64,000 nt of DNA from Fonticula alba ATCC 38817 (lineage: Eukaryota > Protista > Nucleariida), in assembly GCA_000388065.2 (NCBI GenBank), contig KB932205.1. One strand, given 5' to 3'. This document shows positions 11,115 to 23,900 of the stretch, piece by piece. The notes below the pieces were generated by a model that was not told the DNA's origin, did no database searches, and saw only the letters and a program-made list of their open reading frames with translations. The stretch's first letter is position 1. Each line of letters opens with the position of its first letter. Position numbers and translations under genes: made by a program.

Positions 11115-12081
11115 ATGGTGCGCGGGCCTTCGCCCGTTTTCCCTCCCCCCCCCCTTCCTGCATACTGCCGGTCTCCATCCTGACCCTCTCTGTCCTCCCC
11201 GCGCGGAACGCAGTCTGCCCCCAGCCACAACAACATCACCGACGAGGAGATCCGCGGTACCGACACACCCGCCCCGCGCATGGCCGCCTCCGCCCGCCCC
11301 CGCCCCCCGGACCCCGGCGGGCCCTTCCCTTGTGCTCTCCTTTCTCTAACCTCTCGCCCGCAGAGTATTTCCTCCTTGTCGACATCAACAACACCGGCGT
11401 CGTCTCGGGCGACAAGCTGGACACGCTGGTCCGCGCGCTCGGCTACGTCCCCCGCCCGGGCGAGATTCACAGTATGTGCCTCGGCGCCGCCCCCCCCTCC
11501 CCTCCTCCTTCCCACCCCTCCTGGCTTGCTCCCACCCTTGGCGCCGTCTCTGACCCTGGGTCCGCTGGACCCCTGCCCAGACTTTGGCTCTCTCACGCTC
11601 GAGGAGGCCTTGGTCAAGATCCCCCGCACCCGGACGGTTTTCTCCAAGAACAACATCCTGGAGGCCCTGCACATTCTGGGCATCGACGAGAACTCCGCCG
11701 TGAACACCACTGTCCTGCGGAACCTGTTCACCAGCGTGCGCCCCTTCCTGCCCCCTTTGCTCCCTGCTGCCTCTCTCTCTCTCTCTCTCTCTCTTCCCTC
11801 CCGGCCAAGGGGAGGGCCCTGCGTCATCTCCTCCCGCACTGACACAGCCCGTCGCCGTATCCCTGCAGGTCGGCCAGCCCCTGACCAACCAGGAGGTCGA
11901 GGAGCTGTTCTCCTCTCTCCCGGTCACTAACGGCCTTGTCCTGGCCAAGGGTATGTCCCCCCCCCCCCCACTCTGCCCCTTTCCCCGTCTAGGCTCGGAT
12001 AGTCACTGACCTTGGGCCTCCTTTCGATGGGTGTTCCCCCCTCCCCGGTCGCCAGACCTCGTCGAGATCCTCGGCGTGTGA
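11115..12081 (+). CDS. Calmodulin/myosin light chain-like EF-hand protein, 138 aa, degenerate EF hands (Mlc1/Cdc4-like)
   Basis: Six exons (11115-11117, 11214-11256, 11364-11471, 11581-11735, 11869-11950, 12056-12081) splice in frame: MSAPSHNNITDEEIREYFLLVDINNTGVVSGDKLDTLVRALGYVP...LRNLFTSVGQPLTNQEVEELFSSLPVTNGLVLAKDLVEILGV. This matches the CaM/MLC pattern (F..D...G......L..L.RALG..P; L...GE.LT..EV.EL). A CTAAC branch point lies at 11346. Confidence 0.8.
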
Positions 12082-13601
12082 TGGGATCTTCTCTCTGTCT
12101 TTTTCTACGCCTCCCCCCGCCGCGCGCATAGACGTGCATTGTATCATAAAAACACATCCGCCCCTCTTCCCGCCGCGTGTCTTTTCAATTGCTAAGTGGA
12201 AAAAAAGGGGGGGGGGAATGGCAGAGCAACACCCACACCTCCGGATCGCCGAGCTTCCCGGCAACGGCAAAGCCACAGGCGACCGGCGAGGGGTAGGAGT
12301 GCCTGCGGCAAAAATTATACCCCTGGGATGTCTTGATGGCCATCCCAGCATGTCGAGTCCACTGACCGGGTCTCGGGTGGCTTGCTGGAGCGCGCACTAC
12401 CACCAGCACTCCGCGACTGGGCGGGGGTCCCCCCCCCGTCCTTCCCTCCGCCCGGCTGTGGGGGGGAAAGGAAGACGAAAGGGGCCCCCGATCATCGGGG
12501 AGGGGCAGAGGGCCGCGAGAAGCACGTACGCGCGCCGAGAAGCAAACGCACGCGCCAATCATCCCGATCGCACGACACTCCGGGGGCTGGATCGCGCTCG
12601 GATCTCATCAGGACTGGGCATGCACGCGCACGCCCTCCCTCTGGCAGGAAGCCGCTGGGAGGGGGGCATGTCATGCCGCAAATCGCAAGGGTCCCTCCCC
12701 TACCCTGGCCGCACAACCGGCCACCGACACACGTCATCGTGTGCCTGTCCGTGCACATACATACACACGCACGCGCGCATCCTGGTACACGCGCATCTCC
12801 GCCCGCCATCCTCGGCCATGCCATCCTCGCGAGTTCGACGCGGTGCCGACCGCCCACAGCATGTTGCCAGCACCGAAGGGCGCCCCAGGGGGGGCGCCTC
12901 CTAAGGGGGCCGCCATGACCGGCCACGACCGGACACCCGCCGCATCTGATTGCCAGCCACAGTGGCAGCCACAGCAAGGGTCAGGCTGGGACAGGTCCGC
13001 CACCCTCCCGAGGGGGGAGGGATAAAGAGGAGAACACAGCCCCGGTGACACACTTGCCAGAGGGCGCCAGGTGTGGTTGATAGTCAAAGGCGGTTGGGTA
13101 GGATGCCAGCCATTTGGCCATGGTGCGGCCGGCAAAAAAGAAAAAACATGCGAGAGGAGGGGCAGGGGGACCACGCAGGCGGGGCACGGAGAGGACGGCG
13201 GGAGGGGGAGGAGCTGCACGCACACATGCAGAAGAGGGGGCAGGCATAAGCGCACACGACAGGCGACGGGTCGGGGAGGGAGAGGGGCAAACAGGGGGGG
13301 GGGAGGGAAAGCAGATGAGAGGAGGCGATGCGCCCGGCAGGGGAAGACAGCCCCGGAGCCGGACTCAGACATGGGCGACAAACGGCCAGGGCCCTTATTG
13401 TGTGCCGGCACCCCTGGGGCGGGTGGACCGCCCGCGAGTGGCGCTTATATACCCCGATCTAAGTCACATGTGTTCATCCGAGCAGCTGATCACGCTGGGG
13501 GATCATTGTGGGTCAGACCAATTCCTCGGCCCCCGCCTCGCGGTGGTGGGCCTTGCAACGCGGGCGGGGGGGGGGCTGGCTGATCCCACAAATGATTGGG
13601 C

Positions 13602-13670
13602 TGGCTGCTGGCTGCTGGCTGCTGGCTGCTGGCTGCTGGCTGCTGGCTGCTGACTGCTGGCTGCTGGCTG
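13602..13670. repeat. Heptamer minisatellite (TGGCTGC)n, about 9-10 copies
   Basis: Read directly: tggctgctggctgctggctgct..., with one tgactgc variant. Confidence 0.9.
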
Positions 13671-14420
13671 CCCCCCTCGCTCCCCCGCAATGTGCCCCCT
13701 CCGATCGGCCACCTGCGATCTGGGCGTCCTCGCGAGTCTCGCGTGCTTGATGGTGCCGATCTCCGCGGGAAATTCCCGCCGCCGTCAGAGGGGCTCGCGT
13801 CTCTGACCCGCGGATCCTGGAGAAGGGGGGAGGTTCCTTGTGTGTCTTTTCTTTTTCCTTCTGCGGTTGTGCCATCCTCCCCCGCTGGCTGCCCTCCCAT
13901 CACCGGGCCCTCCCTTTGTTTGTCCCACCGAGCGGTCTCGCTCTGTCCTTGGCTCGGGAGCATGTGCCCCTTGCCCGTCAGGGAGGTAGGCCCTTGCCGG
14001 CGCCCGGCCGGGAGAATGCTGTCCCGGGGCATGCATGCGGCAGCCGTGGCGATCGTGGCCCTTTTCACGCGCCCCAGTGGGTGCCCTCCTTCATCGGGGA
14101 GAACCTATCACCATGATTCCCCATCCCCCCCTCGTATGCCCTCGCAGCCCTTTCCTCTTCCGCCTCCCCTCGTCCGAGCGCACGTGTAAAGCCACCGACA
14201 GACACGGGTACTCGCTCTGTGCAAGCCCCCTTTCCGCTTCTGGGACAACTGGCCCCGGATCCCCCTCCACTTCGCGCCACCGCCGAAACAGCCGCTGCCG
14301 AGTCCTCACCGGCGGAGACACACGCACCACCGCGCTGCCTCGATAGCACACACCCGCACTCGGGCTCCGATATTTGCCTCCCTCTTTTGGTAGCCAACTC
14401 TCGCACGCGCAACATCCACC

Positions 14421-14559
14421 ATGTCACAGCCATTCGACCTCTACACCGCGCCCAACTACATCGAGGAGGGCAACATCGAGGCGAACCACATCTCCTCGGC
14501 TGGTGTGCGTCATGAGACCGGGGCTCTTCACTGCCCGGGTGTTTTTGCCCTTCCCCTTT

Positions 14560-14590
<31 letters not shown>

Positions 14591-16923
14591 GGGGGCCTTC
14601 TCCCTGGCAATCGCTCCATGACCACTGATCAGCCACACCCCCGTCCTTCGGCCATCACGCGCGACCTTTGTCGAACACAATGTGCCCGCCGCTCGCCTGC
14701 TCTCTGGCTGCGTGCCGGGTGTCGGTCAATTGCTTGGGACATTTTGCGACGGCCGTGCCCGCGCCCCGCGCCCCGCGCCCCGCGCCCCGGGCCTCATGAC
14801 AGATCCTGGACTTCCGCGCGGCACAGGCCCTCGTCCGTGCGCACCTCCGGTCCATCGGTGTGGTCAATGCCACGGGCCTGGTGCAGGATGAAGCATACTC
14901 CGGCGAGGCGCCCCACTACTCGGCCGGCGTCCTCATGGACGGTACTCGCTTGTATTATGACTTTGTGCCGGGGCCCGGGACCCCCAATGGCCCGGGGATC
15001 CTGACGACCAGCGTGCTGCTGTACCACTTCCGGCGCGTGCCCAGCGAGGCGGCCGTGGCGACCATCCGTCGCCGGGCCGAATCTTCCGTCGCCCTGGACG
15101 AGTGGCGCCGGGGGATTTACAGCCGCCTGGCTCGGGAGAACTTCAAGTTGACCATCCAGCAGCGTGAGCAGGTCCATGCCCACGGGCATGGCTATGGCAG
15201 CCGGCCGTCCAGCCGCGCCGGCAGCATCTCGCCCAAGCGCCGGCCGGTGGTGCCCCAGGTGGACCCGCGGAAGCTGCCGCCCATGGTGCTGACCTATGAG
15301 CCGACCAACTTGGGGGTGTACCTTTCGCGCCGGTGGGAAAGCGCCCCGTCGAGCGGGGAAATGGCCTTCTGCATTGCCACAGATGCCTTCGTGCAGCTGG
15401 CCCGCGCTCTGCGTGCCGAGGTGATCGGCAGCGAGGCCGGGGCCGGGGGCGCGCCGATCGTCGACCCCTCCGGCGTCTCCCGGTCGGCTGGCTTCCTCAG
15501 TGCGCCGGCCGAGCAAATTTCCCTCGCGCAATGGCAGGCCGGGGCCGGGGGACCGGCGGCCAGTGGCCCGGTGGTCGGGGCCCGCCGCGTGGACTCCCCC
15601 TCGCCGGTTGGCTCGGTGTCCCACGCCCCCGGCACGCACCATGGCCTTCGGCCGGATTCCCCCGGCGGCGGCATGAGCCGGCTGACGGCCCTGCGCCGGA
15701 AGCTGGCCCCCTGGCGCAGCAGCGACTCCAGGGGCTTCAAGCATGGCGGCGACTCGACCACCTTCCACCTGGGGGACCCCTCCTCGGTGCAATATCACTA
15801 TGCCCGGGAGGAAGTCCCGCCGGGCAGCGAGGGCGCCCACCCCGGGGCCGGAGCCGACGCCTCGGGCGCCGGCGACGGCGCACAAGCCAAGACCCCGCGC
15901 ATCCTGACCCCGGTGTCGCGCATGATCCACGAGAGCGTCGAGGCCAGCAAGCCCGGGCCGCCCCTGGATGTGCTGGCACGGCAAACATCCCCACGAGGCA
16001 CGGCCTCGCCGCCGGTGAGCTTCGCCGGGCCCGGGCCCGGGCCCGGCGCCTCCAGTGCCGCGGTGTCCGCCTCGCCGGGTGTCCACATCGCGGGCGTCGA
16101 GTCGGCCACGCACCTCGGCCGGCCGGCCGCCGACAGCCCGGCTCTCGGGTACCCGGGTAGTGGTGCTGGCGGCGGCAGTGCCGGGCACCTGGCGGCCGGC
16201 GGTTTTCCCCCCTCTTCGTCTGAGGAGAATCTCGGCCTGCTGGGCCAGCCCTCTCGGCCGATCACCACCGAGCCCCGGCAAATGGCCGGCGGCCAGCCGG
16301 AGGGAAGCCACGACAGTCGTGCGTCCTGCCCCCTTTTCCTGCTGTGTATGGGCCCCTCGTCGGGTGGCGCCCGGTCGCGCGCGGTCCCCCCCCGCCCACG
16401 ACGGGCCTGTGTCCTTGCATACTTGGAGGATGATTGCATGCCCGTGTGCCGGAATGCCTGAGCCCCTTTCTTTCATGTAGGTGCCCCCCCCCCCCCCCCA
16501 CACGCCGCTGACCCTGACCGCTGCTGCATCCCCTTGCTCCTTGTGCGGGGGCGTCCTCCTCCAGTTCACGCGCTGAAGGCCTCCTCCTCGCATGACTCCT
16601 TCATCACCAAGCTGGCGTCGAAGCTGCCCCGCAAGCTCCAGGGCTCCCGTGCCAAGGAGCTGGCGGCCGAGGCCGGGGCCGGCGATGTGCACGGCGCCTC
16701 GGCGGCCGAGGGCAAGCGCAGTCGCTTCGCCTCGCCGAAGGTGGTCATCCCCCCGGGCCAGGCCCGGCCGACCGGGCTCCCGCTCAAGATCTACAGCAGC
16801 CACACCCCCTCGCGTGCCATGTGGGGCGGCTCGGATGCCGGGATTCCCCGGGCCAATGTTCGTGGTGGCAGCCCGGCCGGCGGGTCCCCATCCGGCCCGT
16901 CCACTGGCGGCCGCCAGCCGTGA
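14421..16923 (+). CDS. Uncharacterised spliced protein: N-terminal region with a possible CesT/T3SS-chaperone-like fold, followed by a long Gly/Ser/Pro/Ala-rich tail
   Basis: GC3-biased long exon 14803-16318 (ILDFRAAQALVRAHLRSIG...), intron GTGCGT 16319 to CAG 16564, last exon 16565-16923. The 5' exons (MSQPFDLYTAPNYIEEGNIEANHIS at 14421, and about 14633-14720) have uncertain frame and boundaries. Confidence 0.65.
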
Positions 16924-17017
16924 GCCTGCGGCTGGCCCCCCCCGCCCCTCTGTCCCGGCCTCCGGTGGGTCTCTCGCCCGGGGCCGGCCTGCGAGGAGCT
17001 GGGGGGGGGGGGGGGGG

Positions 17018-17149
17018 CGAGGGAGAGTCTCGTGTTTTGTGACGGCCAACATCCTGGATGGGACATGGGGAGGATGTACCGGGGCGAGGGGCGGGGGGCG
17101 CTTGCATCGCTGCCTCTTTGCCCGCGGATGCCCACCCAGCTGTCTTCCG
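17018..17149 (+). repeat. Copy 2 of the ~133-bp direct repeat (see 10103-10235)
   Basis: Direct sequence identity with 10103-10235. Confidence 0.9.
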
Positions 17150-17353
17150 AGGAGGACCGCCGCCAGCCGCCGCCGCCGCCCGCGCCGGGGCCACACGCGT
17201 GCCAAGTTGCACCGTGTCAAGCGCGACCGCGCGAGGCTTCGGCGGGGAGGATCTCTCTCTCTCTCTCTGCCGCCACGGATATGCGCGGCGTGGGCGGGGC
17301 CGGATGGCGCGCGTATGTGGGTCCCATCCATGGACCGGCGTGTGCGTGCGGCC

Positions 17354-17388
<35 letters not shown>

Positions 17389-17396
17389 CCCCCCCG

Positions 17397-17434
<38 letters not shown>

Positions 17435-19018
17435 TGTGCCCGGTTCGCCCCGTTAGAAGCGCCCCCCGCGGGGCTTCGGCGGGGGGTGTCTTTCCCTCCC
17501 CTCTTCCCCCCCCGGGATGTCGCCGCGGGGGGGGGGGGGGGGGGGCGCGGATTTGGGGGCCCCCCCCGAGGCCGGGGGGGGGCTGGGGCCCCCCCCCCCC
17601 CCCCCCCCCCATCCGACCGCGCCGCCGTGTGACGAGGGCCCCTCCTCTCCGCTGCGGTGAGGGGGAGATCTCAGGCGAAGAAGAAGTGACTTGAGCCTCC
17701 CTCCCAGGGGCCGAGAAGATCTGCCACAACAGAAGTAATAATAAAAAAGAAACAATGCCCGCGCGCCGTGAGGGATTCCAAGATGGGGAGGGATTTTCAC
17801 TGGAGGCCAGATTTTCGGGGAATGCCCGGGTAAAAGGGCGCTCCTGAAAATTTGACAGCGTCGATTGCCCCCGGGCGGGGCCGGTTGGTCCTCCTCGTTG
17901 AGTCCTGGCGCCGGCGCTCCCGCCATTGGCCCTAGGGCAATTAAAGAATTTCTCCGCCGAAGCGGGGGCAAAGGGTGTTGGCTGCAGCGGGTGCCCGTGC
18001 GCACATACGGCTGCCCGTTTGCGAGTGCGCCCTTTCTTTTTTTTTCGTCGGCTCGAGAACGCGGGAGGCTCGACGATTGCGGTTTTGTGGGCGCCGGGTG
18101 TCGTTGTCGTCCAAGGGCAGGGCGGCAGATGACTCGCGCCGGGCCAGCCGTCTCCGGAGCCGGGAACGGGGAATGGCGGCAGGCGAGGGGACGCCAACGA
18201 TCGACCCGTTCGCTCGAGAGACGGGGGGCGGGAGGGGGCGGCTAACGGCCGGGCCGTGTGCGTTGGTTGGTGCCTCTCTCCCCCGGGCAGACACGTCTCG
18301 GCTTGCCTGCGGCTCGGCACGCACGCACATTGCCCGGACAACAGCGACTCTCTGCCCGGAGACCGGAACGTGTCAAGGCGGACACCGGGCGAGTCCGGCC
18401 TGGCCAGCCACAAGGGAGCAAGGAGGAGGGTTGTGTGCGGTCGCGTCGATGCCCCCCCCCCCCCCCCACACACACGCACACTTGAGACGCCCGCCCCCCT
18501 CGGCCATTCCCCCCTTTCCCCGCCCTCGCGCAGCCTACGCTACTGGCCGCACCGCGACCGACGCCCGGTCTTTCGCCCCCTCGCCGCGCAGGTTGACAAG
18601 TGGCCGCGGTTCCGGTTGGCTGGCCGCGGCACCCCCTACTCTTCTCCGGCCCTATCTCTCCTTTCCCGTCTTTTCCCCCCCTTTCTTCTCCTCTTCCTGC
18701 CCCTTCCCTCCCCGGCCCTGGCCCCCCCCCCCCCTCCCCTCCCGTCCCCTCTGAGTCGTGCGTGTCTGTCCCGGTCCGGCTCTCACTCTCGGTCTCGACC
18801 CCTCTTCTTGCGCTGCCTTCATTCGCCTCCCCTCGCAACTGTTGATCCGTTGTTGGCACCTGTCCTTTCGGCCTGTCTTATTTCTCTCTCTCTCTCACAC
18901 ACACACACACGCGTGCGCACGAACACTCCTCCCAAACAAAGGGCCAGTCTCCCCCTTTCCCGGTCGCCCGCCCCCCTCCCCGCCCGCCCCCCTCCCCGCC
19001 CCCCCGCCCGCCCGCCCG

Positions 19019-20401
19019 ATGGTTGCCCACGCTTCCCTCGGCGAGCCTCTCCCCATGAGTGTGGCCACCGGAGGGGAGGACTTTGCCGGGGGCGCACGCG
19101 CTCTCCTGCCTGCCCTCGGCTCGGCCGCCGGGAGCCTACCCGATGACGAGCAGGCCGCCGCCGGTCGCCCGGATACCACCGACCCCTCACTCTCGGCACA
19201 GAAGCGCAAAGGCCGGGCCCTGGTATGATGCTTCATCGGAGGGACTCCTCGCTCCTCGCCTTTCCCCTGCGTCGGCCATTTGCTCAACGCCTAACCCCCC
19301 CTCCTCTCTCCCCGCCTCGTGCTGGCAGATGATGAATCGTCTTGCGCGGCTGCGCAGCGCGCCAGCCGCCTCTGAGCCCGCTGCCGAGCCCGCCTCCGAG
19401 CCCGGCCCGGTGCCTGCCTCTGCACCCGTCCCGGAGCCTGTCTCCGAGCCTGTCTCCGAGCCTGTCCCCGAGGCCGCCCCGGCTGTCTCCTCGGCGGTGG
19501 TCGTGCCGGAGCCCCCTGCCGAAGTCCCCCTCCCGGCGGCCATTCCGGAGCCGGTGGCCGGGTCGGCCGCCCATGCCCAGCCGGTCCCTGCTTCTGGGTC
19601 TCTGCCCGAGCCGGTCCCTGCTCAGGTGGTTTCTCCGCCTCCGGCGACCACTTCGGCGCCGGATGCCTCGTCGCTCTTTGCCGGGTCCGTCCCGGCGCCG
19701 GATGCCTCATCGCTTTTCGCCATGTCTGCTCCGGGTCTGGAGGCGTCAGCATTGTTTGGTGCCCCCGCCGTCGCCACCGCCGCCGGGGCCGCTGTCTCGC
19801 CGCCCTCTGCTCCGCCGGCCGTCGGTTTCCCCGGGGCGGCCCAGCCACTGTCACAGCCACTGTCGCAGCCGCAGCCGCAGCCGCAGCCGGTCACCGACTT
19901 TTCTCAGCTCTTCTTCCCGCTCCCCATTGCTGAAGGGACAACCCCCCCGGCCCCGGGGCCCGTCACCTTCCAGCCCACCCCGGACACCTTCCACTCAAGC
20001 CCGGCCCCGGCCGCAAATGGTATGGCCCCCTCTCGGCAAGACCCCCCCCCCCCTTCCCATTCTCCTGTGTCGCCTCTCTGACCATGGCTCATCGCGGCCC
20101 CCTTTCCCTGTTGTTCCCTCCCCTCCTGCAGCTCCCACCACCGAGCAGGAGGAGGAGTCCGCCTGGCCGAGCATCCTCCAGCCGGTGCAGGCCCCCTTGG
20201 AGGCATCGGCCTCCTCCATGACCGTGACCGATGCCCCGCCGGCCGTGTCGCCACAGCAATTGGCCCACCCACCGCATGCCACGCCGCCCCAGCAGCAGGT
20301 GGACATCTCGCACTTCTTCCTGACGCCCGTATCTCCCGGGAGTACGGCCGCCCCGTCGGCTACCACCACAGCCACGGCCTCGAATGTTCTCTGGCCACTG
20401 T

Positions 20402-20447
<46 letters not shown>

Positions 20448-20934
20448 ACCGGGGCCAGAGCCGCAGCTCGAGCCACAGCCGGTCGCCGTTCCCCCGGTCC
20501 CAGCTCCCACTTCGGGCCTCGAGCCGGCCGCCGTCAGCTCGCCAAAGAGTACTGGCGGCTCAGCCCAGTGGCGGCCGATCGGCGGCCTGGACATGGCCGG
20601 CTTCCCCGAGGCCGAGCCCTTCTTGGAGCCTTTCGCTCGGTCCATCGTCGAGCCTCATGCCGAGCCGCATGCCGAGCCCCCGCCGCCCGGGCCTGCCATC
20701 GAGCCGGCCCTTGAGCCTATGCTGGCCCCGGCCCCGGCCCCGGCCCCGGCCCCGGCCCCGACGTCGGACGCGGCACAGGCCGCTCTTTTTGCCACGGCCG
20801 CCGTCAGCGGGCTTGCTCTGGGACCGGAGCCGGTGCTCGGCCTCGATCATGGCCAGGCTCCTGGCCAGGCCCAGGCCCATGGGTCTGCGCAGCACCCGGC
20901 CCTTGTGACCCCGACGGCGGGCGATCCCTCGGCA

Positions 20935-20966
<32 letters not shown>

Positions 20967-23900
20967 CACGGCCGAGGTCTCCATCAGTAGCCAGGCCACC
21001 GAGCTCCTCAAGTGGGTGGCCAATTTGAACACCCTGTTGGACCAGCACTCGCTGGCCGGCGCGGATGAGCCGGCCCCCGTGGCCCAGCATCCCCACCCGC
21101 CGGCCCTCGAGCCGGCGATCGACCAGCCAGCGGCTTCGCAGGGGTACGCCCCGGCCGAGGACCCGGCCGAGCCGGCTGAGCTCTCGGCGGCCAATGCGCT
21201 GACCGCGCTGTACGGGGCGCTGGAGCACCACCTGCCGCAGATCCTGACCGAGCGTCAGCAACTGCGTGACGAGCTGGTTGCCATGCATGCGGCGCTGGTG
21301 GACCTGCGCGCGCAGCAGGCCACCACCGAGCGCGAGCTGGCCGAGTGCCTGGACCAGCGGGCCGCCCTGGAGGCGGAGCTGGCCACCAGCAGCCAGCAGA
21401 GCCAGCAGCAGGTGGCCCGGCAGCAGGAGCTCCTGGCCCGGCTGGCCGGCAATGAGGAGGCCCTGCGCGCGGCGCGCGATGCCCTCGGCGCGGAGCATGC
21501 CCATGTGGAGCTCCTGACGGGCAAACTCCTGCAGGCTACCGAGCAATTGGCCAGCCTGAAGGCCGAGGCGGACTTGGCGGCGGCGGCGCGTGCGGCCGAG
21601 GCCGAGGCCGAGGCCGCCGACCGGGCCCTGGACCCGGATGAGGCGGCCGATCATCCGTATGCCGGGCTCTCGGCGCGGGCCCTGCGAGACATTGCCCACT
21701 CCCTGCGGCTGGAGTTGGAGGATGCCGAGGCTCGCCTGGCCGAGGCTCGGGCCGATGCCGGGCTGGCGACCGAGTCGCTGGCGGCCTCGGTGCGCGAGGT
21801 CCAGGCACTGAAGGAGTCCCTCCAGGCGGAGGGGGCGTCGCGGCAGGCGCTGCAAGCCCGGGCCACCGGGCTGCAGGAGCGCGTGGCCCAGCTGGAGGCC
21901 CAGGCGGCGGCCATGAAGGAGGTCGAGCAGCGGACCCCCTCGCTGGCCCTCTGCCGGACACGCATCAAAGCCCTGTCCGATGAGAATACCCTTCTCCGGG
22001 CGCAGGTGGCCGACTTCGAGAAGTCGGGCCTGACTCCGGCCTCGCAGTCGGCCGCCGAGCACCAGGCCCGGCGGGATTGGGCCTTCCAGTCGCAGATCGA
22101 CATGCTGACGCAGGCATTGCACAGCCAGCGCCAGTTGAATCGCACCCTGCGCGAGCAGTCGGCCTCCTACACGGCGGAGATCCGCCGGCTTCACGATGGC
22201 CAGAGCGCTCTCTTTGGGCAGCTGGCCGCCGAGAATGCCCGTCGCGGGATGGCGGACATGTCTTCCGAGGGGGACGCCCGGGCGGCCGCCTGGATCAGTC
22301 TCCCCTCGAAGCGCCTGTTGGGCCGGTGCGCGGCCTTGCAAGATCGCGTTGGGCAGCTCACGGCCGAGGGGACCGCCGCCACCGGGCGCATCGCCGATCT
22401 GGAGGAGGCCCTAGCCGGGGCCAATGAGGCGCTGGCCGCCGCGCAGGCCGACCTGCAGGCCCTGCGCACCGCGGCCGACACGCACCAGCTGACTGTCGGG
22501 AATCTGAACCAGCGGCTGGCCAGCCTGCTGGCGCACTCGGAGGCGCTGAACTTGCGCCTGGCCGAGCGGGACGCCGAGAATGCGGCCGCCCTGCGCCGGG
22601 CGGCCGACCTGGAGCGCCAGCTCTTTGCCCTGCGCACTGAGCGCCAGGCCGAGCGCGAGGCGGCGGCCGCCACCGCCAGCAGCCTCGCCGATGACCGGGC
22701 CGCCGCGCAGGCCGAGCTCCATCGCGCGCGTCTGGCCCTTGGCGCCTCGCAGCAGCAGCTGGAGGCCGCGGTGGCCCGGGGCCGGGCAGCCCAGCAGCGG
22801 GCCAACCGGTATGTGGCCTCGGACCGGGCCCTGCGCCGGGCCTTGAACCTGCCGTCCGATGATGAGGCCGACCATTTGGGCAGTGGTCTGCCTGGTGCCG
22901 GGGCACCGGATGACAGCACGGCATCGGCCTCGCCGGCGTCCTCCGGCGGGGCGGCGTCGCCCCTGTCCGAGCAGGACCTGGCCGACTTGCTGCTGTCCGG
23001 GGCCACGCCGGACGCGGCCGCCATCAAGCCCGGCACGGCTCTGACCCCGGAGCAGGAACGCCTGCTGGCCAGTGTCGCCCGGGTCCGGCAGCTGCAGGCG
23101 TCGCATCGGCGGGCGCTGGCCGAGCAGGAGCGCCTGCAGGCCAGCAATGCCGACCTCCAGGCCAGCCTGGACCGTGGCACCTCCGAGGCCACGCGCCTGC
23201 GCGCCCGCCTGGACCAGGCACACGAGACCACCCGGCGCCTGGAGGCCGATCTGGCCGCCGCCAATGAGCAGGTCGCCACGCTCGACGCGCAGGTGGCCCA
23301 ACTGGGCGAGCGGAATGCCGGGTTGACGGCGCAGGTGGCCGCCGCCGGGATTGCCCAGCAGCGCCTGGTCCAGGACCGGGCTCGGCTGCTGCAGCATGTC
23401 CGCCGGCTGACGGCCCATCGGCACCGCACGTTGGAGGATTTGACCGGCGTCCTGGAGGCCATGGACCGGATGGTGGCCTATTCGGACGACCTGGGCCGGA
23501 CGTCGGACCAGCGGGAGTCCTTCGTGCTGGAGTCCTCCTTCGACCGGTGCATCCGCTCGCTCAATGCCATCCTCGACATGCAGATGGCCTTCCTCGACCG
23601 GGAGATCGATTCCCAACGGAGCAGCCTCGTTTCCGGGGCCTCGGATGTGGGGGCAATGGGTCTGGGGCCGACGGCTTCCGGGGGCGGCATGCCCGCGGCG
23701 CCGGACACCCCGACTGCCCACCTGGACCTGATGGCCCTGGCCCAGCAGGCCGGCCTGATGGAGGACTTGGTCTTTGATGCGGGCTCGGCCGGCGCCCCGG
23801 CGGCTGGCCTGTCCCCGGCTCGCGGCAAGCAGTCCGACGTGGAGGCCGACGCCCGGGCCGTGGCCCAGCTCCGCCAGCGTCTTGCCAATGTTGGCCATGT

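Noticed and set aside
12740-13121. Possible small minus-strand gene (MAKWLASYPTAFDYQPHLAPSG, then donor GTGTGT)
   Set aside because: The first exon is plausible, but the downstream frame is ambiguous and there is no recognisable product. RNA-seq is needed.
14794-17331. 845-aa minus-strand ORF
   Set aside because: Antisense shadow of the GC3-biased + strand gene, running on through poly-G and repeat DNA.
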